Assembly: GCF_006345805.1 (NCBI RefSeq)
Contig: NC_043003.1
Coordinates: 14,446,001-14,510,000, forward strand
DNA from: Octopus sinensis
Taxonomy: Eukaryota
DNA length: 64,000 nucleotides
Reading direction: 5' to 3'
Made by a program: the position numbers and the translations under genes. Within the stretch, counting starts at the first letter, position 1; every line of letters starts with the position of its first letter. Positions 1 to 12,582 of this stretch are shown here, in pieces. The notes under the pieces were generated by a model, which was not told the origin of the DNA, searched no databases, and saw nothing but the letters and a program-made list of their open reading frames with translations.

Positions 1-404
1 TATTCCACAGTTGGTCATGTGATTTCACCAGAAATTCTGTATAATGGTCTGAAATTCTAGCACAGGGCCAGTAGCTTTTGAGGGGAGGGGCAAGTCATTT
101 ACACCGACCTCAGTGTTCAGCAGAAAATTATTTCATTGATTCCTAAAGGATGAAAGGTAAAGTTGACCTCGGTGGAATTTGAACCCAGAACATGAAGATG
201 GACAAAATGCTTAGTGGCATTTCGTCCGCCGCTTTAACAATTCTGCCAGCTTGTTACATGAAGAATTCTGTATGAGAACATCACCGTCATTAGAGGATTT
301 ATATAAAAAAAAAAAAGAACTTTTAACAAAGAATTTCAAAATTAAAGAAGCTCAGTGGAAGGATGAATGGACAAACTTGACTGATTTCATAGTCAGATAT
401 AGGT

Positions 405-790
405 GGAGGCGCAATGGCTCAGTGGTTAGAGCAGCGGACTAGCGGTCGCAGGATCGCGGTTTCGATTCCCAGACCGGGCGTTGCAAGTGTTTATTGAGCG
501 AAAACACCTAAAGCTCCACGAGGCTCTGGCAGGGATGGTGGTTTTCCCTGCTGTACTCTTTCACCACAACTTTCTCTCACTCTTACTTCCTGTTTCTGTT
601 GTACCTGTATTTCAAAGGGCCGGCCTTGTCACTCTCTGTGTCACGCTGAATATCACCGAGAACTATGTTAAGGGTACACGTGTCTGTGGAGTGCTCAGCC
701 ACTTACACGTTAATTTCTCGAGCAGGCTGTTCCGTTGATCGGATCAACCGGAACCCTCATCGTCGTAACCGACGGAGTGCTTCCATTCCA
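405..790 (+). mobile_element. tRNA-derived SINE, head/body A + tail X
   Basis: GGAGGCGCAATGGCTCAGTGGTTAGAGC (A-box-like) and GGTTTCGATTCCCAG (B-box-like). The same head occurs at 63114 and 19534 (-); the same tail at 1425-1600 (-). Confidence 0.85.
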
Positions 791-810
791 TTCCAGTCAG
801 AAATAGGTCC

Positions 811-1044
811 AAGGAGGCGAGCTGGCAGAAACGACAGCATGCTGGATGAAATGCTTAGTGGTATTTCGTCTGTCTTTACATTCTGAGTTCAAATTCCGCC
901 AAGGTTGACTTTGCCTTTCATCCTTTTGGGGTCGATTAAATAAGTACCAGTTATGCACTGGGGTTGATGTAATCGACTTAATTCCTTTGTCTGTCCTTGT
1001 TTGTCCCCTCTGTGTGTAGCCCCTTGTGGACAATAACGAAATAA
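811..1044 (+). mobile_element. tRNA-derived SINE family C (conserved GTCGACTTTGCCTTTCATCCTTT central domain)
   Basis: Matches the TSD-flanked monomer at 49338-49566; B-box GAGTTCAAATTCC. Dozens of copies in the window. Confidence 0.85.
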
Positions 1045-1139
1045 GAGATACGTGCAAGTGAACTCACAGAACAGTCCTTACTGACAGGAAAAAGGAAAAC
1101 TAGTGAAAAACAAAATCCATACACACACCCACCATTTGT

Positions 1140-1164
1140 CTGTCTGTCTATTTCTTTCTCTGTA

Positions 1165-1200
<36 letters not shown>

Positions 1201-1322
1201 CATACATACATATACATACATATATATATATATTATATATATATATGTATAATATATGTATATATATATATACACACACACATTATACATACATATATAT
1301 ACATACATACATATATATATAC

Positions 1323-1418
<96 letters not shown>

Positions 1419-1420
1419 TA
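1140..1420. repeat. (TA)n/(CA)n compound microsatellite
   Basis: Direct reading of the sequence. Confidence 0.95.
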
Positions 1421-1424
1421 TAAA

Positions 1425-1745
1425 GACTCCGCCGGTTACGACAACGAGGGTCCCAGCTGATACGATCAACGGAACAGCTTGCTCGTGAAATTAACGTGCA
1501 AATGGCTGAGCATTCCACAGACACGTGTACCCTTAACGTAGTTCTCGGGGATAATCAGCGTGACACAGAGAGTGACAAGGCTGACCCTTTGAAATACAAG
1601 TACAACTCATTTTTGCCAGCTGAGTGGACTGGAGCAACGTGAAATAAAGTGTCTTGCTCAAGGACACAACGCGTCGCCGGGAATCGAACTCACAACCTTA
1701 CGATCATGAGCCGAATGCCCTGACCACTAAGCCACGCGCCCTCAC
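1425..1745 (-). mobile_element. tRNA-derived SINE, head/body B + tail X
   Basis: On the minus strand GCGCGTGGCTTAGTGGTCAGGG...GAGTTCGATTCCC, then body CCAGTCCACTCAGCTGGCAAAAATGAGT, then the tail shared with 405-790. Confidence 0.85.
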
Positions 1746-1870
1746 ATATATATATATATACTTACATATATACACACACACATATATGTATATATGTATA
1801 TATATGTATATATATATATATACATATATATGCATACATACATATATATACATACATAATGTGTATATAT

Positions 1871-1920
<50 letters not shown>

Positions 1921-2274
1921 TATATATGTATCAAGAAGTGCAAACAAGCAAACATGCCAACACGTAAAAGTTATCCATTTGAATACATTCAACAATAAAT
2001 TAAACAGGTGTTAAGAAACAGTATGAAAGTGAAATATATGGCATGATGTACTGAAACAACGTTATAATAAAAGATTAGCTTTATAGGAAATATTGCATGG
2101 TATAAGGCTAAGCGATTAGATGTACTTTAAGAAGAATATATAATATGCTTTCAGTGCTATAATGTATAACAATGGAAGATATTGCATGACAGAAATGGTG
2201 TATGCAGACCTGGATGTTGGCAGGAATTTCATAAGCTGATATTCTCTTCAATATCTGTCTGTTTGCCTGTCTGT

Positions 2275-2289
2275 GTCTTTGTGTGTGTC

Positions 2290-2361
<72 letters not shown>

Positions 2362-2413
2362 TGTGTATGTGTGTGTGTTTGTGTGTGTGTGTATATATGT
2401 ATATGTATATATG

Positions 2414-2463
<50 letters not shown>

Positions 2464-2700
2464 CATGTATGTATATGTGTATATGTATATGTATATTTAT
2501 ATATATATATATATGTATATATGTATATTTATTTATATATTATATATATATATACATATACACACACACACATATATACATGCATACACACATATACACA
2601 CACACAAGAGCATACACACCCCAACAAACACATATGCACACACATATATGCACACATGTATATGTATATATACAAAATATTATATTGCGAAATATGCTGG
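2275..2700. repeat. (TG)n/(TA)n/(CA)n compound microsatellite
   Basis: Direct reading of the sequence. Confidence 0.95.
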
Positions 2701-2979
2701 TATGCTTAAAGCATTGATAGACTTGCCACAGAATGGTAACTTGAAGAATATGACACACATTCCAAGCCAATGTAACCAATATAGCCGATAGTTGTTGTTG
2801 ACAAACAACGGCAGTAATTTTATTCAGCTGAATACACGTCATTGATTGGTTGAAATTACCGAAATACGACAACTTTAACTTGAAATAACTTCGTAAATAT
2901 AAGTTTTTCTCAAAAATTCTAAGAGTAAAAGATGTTTTATATGACACATTCTACCAGTGTCCGAAGTTTGAAAGTGTTT

Positions 2980-3402
2980 ACTCTTACTCTTTACTCTCTT
3001 TTACTTGTTTCAGTCATTTGGCTGCGGCCATGCTGGAGCACCGCCTTTAGTCGAGCAAATCGACCCCGGGACTTATTCTTTGTAAGCCCAGTACTTATTC
3101 AATCGGTCTCTTTTGCCAAACCGCTAAGTGACAGGGGGACGTAAACACACCAGCATCGGTTGTCAAGCAATGCTAGGGGTACAAACACAGACACACAAAC
3201 ACATACACATACATACATATACATATATATACATATATACGACAGGCTTCTTTCAGTTTCCGTCTACCAAATCCACTCACAAGGCTTTGGTCGGCCCGAG
3301 GCTGTAGCAGAAGACACTTGCCCAAGATGCCACGCAGTGGGACTGAACCCGGAACCATGTGGCTGGTTAGCAAGCTACTTACCACACAGCAACTCCTGCG
3401 CC
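2980..3402 (-). mobile_element. CORE-like SINE with internal microsatellite (family D)
   Basis: Head GGCGCAGGAGTTGCTGTGTGGTAAG, CORE-like TTGGGCAAGTGTCTTCT block, internal (TA/CA)n, 3' CCAGCATGGCC stem-loop and (GAGTAAA)-type tail. At least 10 copies in the window. Confidence 0.8.
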
Positions 3403-3683
3403 TATGTTTAGTTACAAAAAATAATTTTTTAAATCTGTCGGTCAAAAGGTAAAGATCCAATTCAGCCTCTTACATTTGCTTCACAATATTATTCTGAAAA
3501 TAATGAACCACACCAACGAAATCTCAAAGCTATAAGATAATGCATGATTAATTGAAAACAATGTGAATAATCAAGCATTATATTTGACATAGAAATCTGA
3601 ACGCTAAAGCACTAAACGTAGTGGGTTTGGTACAATCACTTAATCTTTTGATTAAATGTTTTTTAGCATTCATAATTCAAGTC

Positions 3684-4646
3684 TGGCATTTAAACCAGCC
3701 ATATCAGGCCCAAATATTTTGTCCATTTTATGCTCAATCTTATTTCTTTATTGCCCACAAGGGGCTAAACATAGAGGGGACAAACAAAGACAGGCAAAGG
3801 GATTAAGTCGATTACACCAACCCCAGTGCGTAACTGGTACTTAATTTATCGACCCCGAAGGGATGAAAGGCAAAGTCGACCTCGGGTGAATTTGAACTCA
3901 GAATGTAACAGTAGATGAAGTACCTATTTCTTTACTACCCACAAGGGGCTAAACATAGAGAGAACAAACAAGGACCGACATATTGACTCTAGTGTGTAAC
4001 TGGTACTTATCTAATTGACCCTGAAAGGATGAAAGGCAAAGTCAACCTCGGACGAATTTGAACTCAGAATGTAACAGTAGATGAAATACCTATTTCTTTA
4101 CTACCCACAAGGGGCTAAACACAGAGAGGACAAACAAGGACAGACATATTGACTCCAGTGTGTATCTGGTACTTATTTAATCGACCCTGAAAGGATGAAA
4201 GGCAAAGTCAACCTCGGGTGAATTTGAACTCAGAATGTAACAGTAGATGAAATACCCATTTCTTTACTACCCACAAGGGGCTAAACACAGAGAGGACAAA
4301 CAAGGACAGACATATTGACTCCAGTGTGTAACTGGTACTTATCTAATCGACCCTGAAAGGATGAAAGGCTAAGTCGACCTTGGCAGAATTTGAACTCAGA
4401 ACATAACAGCAGACAAAATACGATTAAGCATTTCGCCTGGCGTACTAACGTTTCTGCCAGTTCGCCGCCTTTTATGCTCAATCTGGCTAGATCCAGTCTC
4501 TCACATTTACCCTACAATATTATTCTGAAAATAAGCAATCACATCGTTGAAATCTTAAAGCTACAAGATAGAGCATGATTAATTCAAAACAGTGCGAATA
4601 AACAAGCATTACATTTGACAGAGAAATCTGAATGCTAAAGGGTTAA
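3684..4646 (+). mobile_element. piggyBac-like MITE interrupted by a multimeric SINE
   Basis: Ends in CTAAAGGGTTAA and matches the intact copy at 57486-57712. The two halves join across the duplicated TTTTATGCTCAATCT. Confidence 0.75.
3741..4469 (-). mobile_element. family C SINE, one head + four tandem body/tail units
   Basis: 15-bp TSD TTTTATGCTCAATCT at 3726-3740 and 4470-4484; internal units start at about 3741, 3925, 4091 and 4257. Confidence 0.85.
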
Positions 4647-4715
4647 AGCTTGATTAATCTACATTAAAACAGTTTGTGACTAACCAGAAAATACTAGGCT
4701 GCTACTATTTTATCT

Positions 4716-4931
4716 TTTACTTGTGTCAGTCATTAGACTATGGCCATGCTGGGGCACCACCTTGAAGAATTTTAGTCAAACAAATCGACCCCTGTGTTTT
4801 TTTTTTCCTTTTTTAAGCTTGGTAATTATTTTATCGGTCTCTCTTTCCGAACTGTTAAGTGTCAGGGATGTAAACAAACCAATACTGTTTGTCAGGCAGT
4901 GGTGGGGGACAAACACAAAGACACACACATG

Positions 4932-4965
<34 letters not shown>

Positions 4966-5205
4966 TTGGTGTCCGTTGTCCATGCTGGCATGGGTTGGAC
5001 ATATGTATGTATATTTATATACACAAAAGGCTTCTTTCAGTTTCCATCAACCAAACTGAATCATAATGCTTTGGCTGGCCTGAGGCTGTTGTAGAAGGTG
5101 TGAAAATGCTTGAATGTGGTGCTTGCTCAAAGTGTCCTGCAGTGGGACTGAACCTGGAACCACGAGGTTGTGGAAGCAAACTTCTTACCACACAGCCATA
5201 CCTGC
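4716..5205 (-). mobile_element. family D CORE-like SINE with (CAT)n/RTE-tail fragment in its internal microsatellite
   Basis: Similar to 2980-3402 at both ends; (CAT)n at about 4932-4966 followed by GTCCGTTGTCCATGCTGGCATGGGTTGGAC, the RTE 3' end on the minus strand. Confidence 0.7.
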
Positions 5206-6123
5206 ACCTACACAGCTTTTAAATACATAAACTACATTTGCATATACCAATTTTTTTTATCGGTGAATTAGTAATATCTTAATGGTTGACAAACCATCAC
5301 CAATATGCAAATTAGCTCATTCTCAGAGAATTAGGACACATTTTTTTCATATGGTTTATAAGCTGTTCTTTTACTCAGAACCAGAATTACATGTTATTGA
5401 CAGAAAAGAGATTAATGGTTTTATTAATCATTGATTTTGGTAGCGCCAAATTTATTTCTTTTATATTTGTTTGGTACAAGATTCTGCAGACGGAAGCTAT
5501 GGAATATACTGTCAAATTCTTATGCTTTGCAGACAGTTATTTATTATATATTATGTATTTAGTATAATCCGGAATAATCTTGCTCAACACGAGGACTGTA
5601 AGTTACTGTAAGATGCCTAACTATTGTGAGTATCATTGCCATTCATCATTTAGCATCCACTTTTTTAGGCCTCAAAGAAAGCATGCCAAAACAGACATGG
5701 GGCTTGGTACATTCCCTGGTATATACAAGGTGGCAAGCTGGCAGAAACGTTAGCACACTGGGCAAAATACTCAGCGGTATTTCGTCTGTCTTTATGTTCT
5801 GAGTTCAAATTCTGCCAAGGTCGACTTCGCCTTTCATCCTTTCAGAGTCGATAAATTGAGTACCAGTTACGCACAGGGTGGGAAGTTGGCTGAAACATTA
5901 ATGTGTCAGATAAAATACACAACAGTTTTTCTTCCGATTCTTTATATTCTGGGTTCAAATCCTACCAAGGTCGACTTTACCTTTCATCCTTTCAGGGTCA
6001 CTAAAGTAAAATACCACACAAATTTTGGGGCTGATATAATTGATTTGTCACCCCTCTACCACTTTTGTTACCATATTCCAGCTCTTGTCAAACTGTCTGA
6101 CAGATGTTAGTATAGTTCTATAT

Positions 6124-6918
6124 TTAACCCTTTCGTTACTGTATTTATTTTGAGATGCTCTGTGTTTCTTTCAATTATTTTAAAATATAACAAAGAATTT
6201 AGTAAAATAACTTAGTTATCATTAAGCTAGTATTAGGAACATAAATTGTGACTAAGGTTTGGTTAGGGTTAGGGTTAGGGTTGGGGTTGGTGGATGATTT
6301 TAATTCATAAAACTTATGTAAAGAAGACATTTGTACTACAGAGCCAGAGGTAGTTTCAGCCAGGTTGGTATCAAAAGTGTTAAGAATTGTTTCTCTATTA
6401 TATATTTTAACCCTTTTGTTACCATATTTCTGTTGAGATGCTCTGTATTTCTTTCAATTATTTAAAAATATAACAAAGAATTTAGTAAAATAACTTAGTT
6501 ATCATTAAGTAGTATTAGGAACATAAATTGTGACTAAGGTTTGGTTAGGGTTAGGGTTAGGGTTGGGGTTGGTGGATGATTTTAATTCATAAAACTTATG
6601 TAAAGAAGACATTTGTACTACAGAGCCAGAGGTAGTTTCAGCCAGGTTGGTATCAAAAGTGTTAAGAATTGTTTCTCTATTATATATTTTAACCCTTTTG
6701 TTACCATATTTCTGTTGAGATGCTCTGTATTTCTTTCAATTATTTAAAAATATAACAAAGAATTTAGTAAAATAACTTAGTTATCATTAAGCTAGTATTA
6801 GGAACATAAATTGTGACTAAGGTTTGGTGGAAGATTTTATTTCAAGACTTATAAAAACAAGACATTTGTACTATTGAGCCAGAGCCGGTTTCAGCCGGGT
6901 TAGTAATGAAAGGGTTAA
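6124..6918 (+). mobile_element. three tandem TTAA-CCC piggyBac-like MITE copies (282-bp period)
   Basis: TTAACCCTTT left ends at 6124, 6407 and 6689; right end GAAAGGGTTAA at 6908-6918. Confidence 0.8.
6263..6286 (+). repeat. interstitial telomeric repeat (TTAGGG)3 TTGGGG
   Basis: Direct reading; second copy at 6545-6568. Confidence 0.9.
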
Positions 6919-7090
6919 AAGATGAGGAATTATGTACATTATTTACATTCAGTGGATATTTGTCCTCATCTTGTTTGTTGTTAACACAACGTTTCGGTTG
7001 ATATACTCACCAGATATGAGCAGCATATGAGAACTGGTATTAAGGAAGGATAGAAAAATATTAGATTTATAAGCCCTAAAGTTCACTCCA

Positions 7091-7198
7091 TATGACGTAG
7101 TGGTTAAGAGTGAGGGCTACTAACCCCAAGATTCTGAGTTCGATTCCAAGCAGTGATCTGAACACTAACAATAATAATAATAATAATAATAATAATAA
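7091..7198 (+). mobile_element. short tRNA-like SINE head with (AAT)n run
   Basis: GACGTAGTGGTTAAGAG (A box), GAGTTCGATTCC (B box), then (AAT)n. Confidence 0.65.
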
Positions 7199-9090
7199 GC
7201 TGAAACATTGTGTTAACAACAAACAAGACAAGGACAAATATCTGTCGAATGTAAATAATGTAAATAATGTACATTATTTGTAAATAATGTACATAACGAT
7301 GTCAGGTGATAAATGATGATGATGATAATGATGATGATAGCGGTTTTTCATCTGAGTTCAAATTCCACTGAGGTCAACTTGCCTTTCATCCTTTCAGGGT
7401 TCATAAAAGAACTACCAGTTGTAATTGAAAATTGCTGGCCTAGTGCCAAAATTTGAAACTAAATGGTGCACACTCACATACACGCACACACACATGCACA
7501 CACACACTGACACACACACGCATGAACACACACATGCGTGTGCACATGCACACGCATGTGCATACACACATGCGCTCTCACACATGCACACACACACTGC
7601 TAACTTCTTTCAGTTTCATGTACCAAATCCACTTACAAAGCTCTGACCTGAAGACACTTGCCCAAGGTGCCGTGCAGTGGAATTGAACCTGGGCCACATG
7701 ATTGGGAAGCAAGCTTCCTAACCATACTTTCACATCCATGAGTTAGGGTTAGAAACTTTATAGAATTAAATTGTTAGTTTAAGCCTTTAGCATTCTTATT
7801 ACTGTGTAAAATGTGATGCTAAATTATTCACATCGTTTTGATTATTTTGTAGCTTTGAGACTTTGATAATTTGATTGTTTGTCTTGAAAATGACATTGTA
7901 ACATAGGTGTGAGAGGCCAGATCTGGTCAGTTTGAACATAAAACAGGTAAAATATTTGGACTGGGTTATGGCCAGTTTAAATGCTTGAAGAGAAAAGTAA
8001 AATATCTGGAGTAGATTTGAACTCATGACCTATGAGGTGGTATAACTGGTATTACACCATACCTACTCAACCATTACATTCCTTTGTCTGAAATTTCATC
8101 GTCATCATCATCATTTAAAGTCTTTTCTCCATGCCGGCATGGGTTGGACGGTTTGACCAGAGCTGGCAATCAGGGAAGCTGCACCAGACTCCGGTCTGAT
8201 TTGGTTTGGTTTCTATGGTTGGATGCCCTTCCAAATTCCAAGCCCTTTACAGAGTGTGCTGGGTGCTTTTTGCATGGCAGCAGCATGAAGGCACACTTGC
8301 AAGGGGAAAAAACTGCTTCAGCTGGGGGTAGGGAACACCAACAATCCAACAGTGGTGGAGGGGTCTTCTTAATTCAATAATGGGTCTTCTTAAAATCAAA
8401 AATCAAGCTCATTCTCTGATTGCATCTCTTTGTTGATAAATCAATTTTCTCCTGCCAAACAGAAGTCTTCATTCATATTTATAAAAGAAAGCAAATGGAA
8501 ATTTGTGTTGTCTTAGTCAGTCTTCAAGCATATTAGTGGCACTACCGAAATGAAATGGTTTCAACTAAGAATTAAAACTAACTCACAGACTCCTCCATTT
8601 GATTTGGTATTGATTTCTTTGTCTAGATACAAGACCAGCAATTATAAACGATGATGCACATTCAAATGAATTGACCTCTACTGTATTAACCCTTCCACGA
8701 ACTTCAGTATATTAACCCATTCAAGACCATATTTCTAATGAAATAACAGCATATTTTTTTCAATTAATTTTGAAATTAATAATGAAATTTGGAAGAATTT
8801 TATAAAGTAATGAGTTTTTTTTCCTTCTGTTATTGGGTTGATGTTTAATGTAATGAGTTGGTAGAAATGTTGGGAGAAATGTTACAACGTTATTCTTTTC
8901 TCCTTTTTATTCATCTTCTACTTATTTCAGTTGTTAGACTGTGGCCATGCTGGGGCACCACCTTGAAGAATCTTTAGCTGAATGAATCAACCCCAATACA
9001 TACATTTTTTTAAAAACCTGGTTCTTATTCTATCATTCTCTTTTGTTGAATCACTAAGTCAAAAAACATAAATAAAATAAATAAATGCAC

Positions 9091-9333
9091 CCTTTTAAAG
9101 CCTAGCCAGGCTCATGGGCCCGGTTTCCCGGTTTCTGTGGTGTATGTGTCCCCTAGCTGGATGGGACGCCAGTCCATCGCAGCGTTACTCATTTTTGCCA
9201 GCTGTGTGAACTGGAGCAACATGAAATGAAGTGTTTTGCTCAAAAACACAACGCATTGCTCGGTCCAGGAATCGAAACCACAATCTTACGATCATGGTGC
9301 TGACACCCTAACCACTAAGCCATGTGCCTCCAC
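9091..9333 (-). mobile_element. SINE head/body B + tail Z
   Basis: Same family as the units at 35344-36000; tRNA-like head at about 9260-9333. Confidence 0.8.
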
Positions 9334-9544
9334 AAATTGAGAAACATGCCTTGTAGTAATTCTTTTGACTCTTTATGGTTTGAGTTTAAATTCCGCTGAG
9401 GATGACTTTGTTTTTATCCTCGAAATTGAGCTGTTTGGGGTTGATAAAATAAGTACCTGCTATATACTGGGGTTCATATAATCAACTTCCCATCTCACCT
9501 CGAACTTGCTGGCCTTGTCTCAAAATTTGAAATCAATAAGAAGA

Positions 9545-10700
9545 AGAACTAGAAGTAGTTGATAGCTTCTGCTACCTAGGTGACCAAGTCAGTAGCAGGG
9601 GTGGATGCTCTAAGTATAGCCTGGGCGAAATTCAGAAAGCCTCTACCTCTGTTAGTAACAATGGACCTCTTGCCCAGAGTGAAAGGTAGATTGTATGGTG
9701 CATGTGTGCAAACAGCAATGCTATACGGCAGTGAAACATGGGCCACGACTGCTGAGGACATGTGAAGGCTTGAAAGAAATGAAGCTAGCATGATCTGCTG
9801 GATGTGCAATGTCAGTGTGCCCACACAACAGAGTGTAAGTGCCCTGAGAGAAAAGTTGAACATAAGAAGCATCAGATGTGGTGTACAAGAGACAACTGCG
9901 CTGGTACGGTCATGTGCTGTGTGTGGATGAGGAGAGCTGTGTGAAGAAGTGTCACACCCTAACAGCCGAAGGAACTTGTGGAAGAGGGGGACCCAGGAAG
10001 ACTTGGGATGAGGTGGTGAAGCATGACCATCAAACGTTGGGCCTCACAGAGGCAATGACAAGCGACCAAGACCTCTGGAGATATGCTGTGAATGAGAAGA
10101 CCCGACAACTAAAGTGAGATCACAGCTGTAGCCTATACCAGTGTTGCATAAAAAGCACCTTTGAATCGTCAGGTGACATTCCATGCTTGAGGGGACCTGC
10201 TGAGTCAAGTAAAATCAAAAATCAAAATCACTATCAGAATCTCAATCAAACTGAAAGCAAAGCAGAAATTGTAGTTGTGGCCGATACCAGTGCCGCTTGA
10301 CTAGCTCCTGTGCTGGTGGCACACAATAAGCACCATTCATGCATCGGTCATTGCCAGTGCTGCCTGACTGGCACCCTGTGCTGGTGGCACATAAAAAGCA
10401 CCATCAGAATGTGGTCGATTCCAGCCTCCTCACCCTGACTGGCTCCCATGCCAGCAGCATGTAAAAAGCACCATGGGAACGTGGCCGATACCAGTACCGC
10501 CTGACCGGCTCCTGTGCCAGTGGCACGTAAAAAGCACCCACTACACTCTTGGAGTGGTTGGTGTTAGGAAGGGAATCCAGCTGTAGAAACCTTGCTAGAT
10601 CAGATTGGAGCCTGGTGCAGCCTACTGGCTTGCCAGTCAAACCATCCAACCCTTGCCCATGCCAGAATGGAAAACGGACTTTAACCGATGATGATGATGA
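9545..10700 (+). mobile_element. RTE-clade LINE 3' fragment (degenerate RT C-terminus + 3' UTR + (GAT)n tail)
   Basis: Frameshifted peptides EVVDSFCYLG, AMLYGSETW, LRWYGHVL and GRGGPRKTWDEVV are typical RTE C-terminal motifs. The 3' UTR has AAAAGCACC repeats and ends in (GAT)n. Confidence 0.85.
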
Positions 10701-10859
10701 TAATTATATATATATATAGGAAGGGCAACCAGCTGTAGAAACTATGCCACAACAGACAGCTGGAGTCTGGACAGCACCATGTCAAACTGTCCAACCCAAG
10801 CCAGCATGGAAAGTAGACGTTAAACGATGATGATGATAATGATGATGATACATACATAC

Positions 10860-10908
<49 letters not shown>

Positions 10909-10916
10909 ACATATAT

Positions 10917-10973
<57 letters not shown>

Positions 10974-11400
10974 AGAATTTATTTTGGGGTTTGAAAAATT
11001 ACCTGCATCTAAAAAAATGTGTAGTCGATATTAATAGATGTATTCACATAACAAACTAGTTACGACAATATTTTGCTAATCAATGGTACAAATATATATA
11101 AAAATGGATTTAGGAGAGTTTAAAGTTACAAAGTAAAAATTGGATAACCATTGTGTGTGTGTGTGTGTGTGTGTTGTGTGTGTGTATATGTAAAATGTTG
11201 AATAAATGTTGTGTGTGTGTGTATATATATATATACACACACACACACACATAAAAATTAGTGTACATTTAAACACGAAAGAGGTGAACCTTAACAGGTT
11301 GCCTTACATACTAGTAGGAACAGTCAAAAAGTCCAAACCACAGTTAAGAGCAATTTCGAAGGGAAAGAAAAATAAAAACATTTACCATTTTACAGCCGGA

Positions 11401-11470
11401 TCTTAGGTTTCGAACTTTAATTAGTAAATAAAATAATTCGCAAGGCAGAGTTCTCATCAGCAGGTATGCC
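11401..11470 (-). ncRNA. degenerate hammerhead ribozyme motif
   Basis: CUGAUGA-GAACU...AGUUC-GAAAC on the minus strand, with a 5-bp stem II; stems I and III are imperfect. Confidence 0.45.
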
Positions 11471-12231
11471 AACCATTAACATATAATTTAGAGACCAAAT
11501 AACACGTGTCTCATCCTTATATATTATAATTTTTCAAATCCATCACACAAGCACAGTTTTTGTTGGCAGCAAATAAAAATTTCAATTGAGCCTAGTGATT
11601 AGATTTGGTAGGCAGAAGCTGAAAAATGCCCATCAGGTATATATATGTGTGTGTGTGTATGTATACATTTAAGTGAGTGTGTCTTTGTGTCTGAGTTTCT
11701 CACCCCAACATCACTTGACAACCGATGTTGGTGTGTTTACATCCCTGTAACTTTACAGTTCGACAAAAGCGACAGATAGAATAAGTACTAGGTTTACAAA
11801 GAATAAGTCTTGGGGTCGATTTCTTCAACTAAAATCCTTCTATTGTGGTGCTGCAGCATGGCTGCAGTCAAATGATTGAAACATGTGAAAGAATACAAAG
11901 TAAGTACCAGAATTACCAAAAATTAAAATTTGTACTGGGGTGGATTTGTCTGACTAAAACTCTCCAAGGTGGTGCTCCGGCATGGCCACGGTCCAATAAC
12001 TGAAACAAGTGAAAGATAAAACCGAATAAATAAATCTGTGGGGTAAAAGGCTTGCTTACAAACCACATGGTTCTGGGTTCAGTCCCACTGCATGGCACCT
12101 TGGGCAAGTGTCTTCTACTATAGCCTTGGGCCAACCAAAGCTTTGTGAGTGAATTTGGTAGACGGAGACTGAAAGAAGCCCATCGTATACACACACATAT
12201 ATATATATATATCATCATCATTATCTTTATA

Positions 12232-12386
12232 GGAGTGACTGTGTGGTAAGTAGCTTGCTTATCAACCACATGGTTCCGGGTTAAGTCCCACAGTGTGACA
12301 CCTTGGGCAAGTGTCTTCTAATATAGCCTCGGGCTGACAAAAGCTTTGAGAATGGATCTGGTAGACAGAAACTGAAAGAAGCCCAT

Positions 12387-12422
<36 letters not shown>

Positions 12423-12551
12423 TTCTCTCCTTGTGCTGTATGGGCATTTAATGTGGTTTTAGAGTCAGAATCTTGGCTGCTATTTTCAGCGTTGTGGTGT
12501 ATCTTTAGATACCCTATAATTTAATTATATAGATATATATATATATATATC

Positions 12552-12582
<31 letters not shown>

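Noticed and set aside
251-442. 63-aa ORF with protein-like composition
   Set aside because: Wedged between two SINEs, contains an A-homopolymer, no recognisable domain or convincing splice sites.
405-480. tRNA genes at the SINE heads (also 7091, 63114, 63890-63960)
   Set aside because: No complete acceptor stem; each continues into a multi-copy SINE body.
6263-6568. Chromosome end or fusion site
   Set aside because: Only three perfect TTAGGG units per copy, in a single orientation, inside a MITE; no head-to-head arrays.
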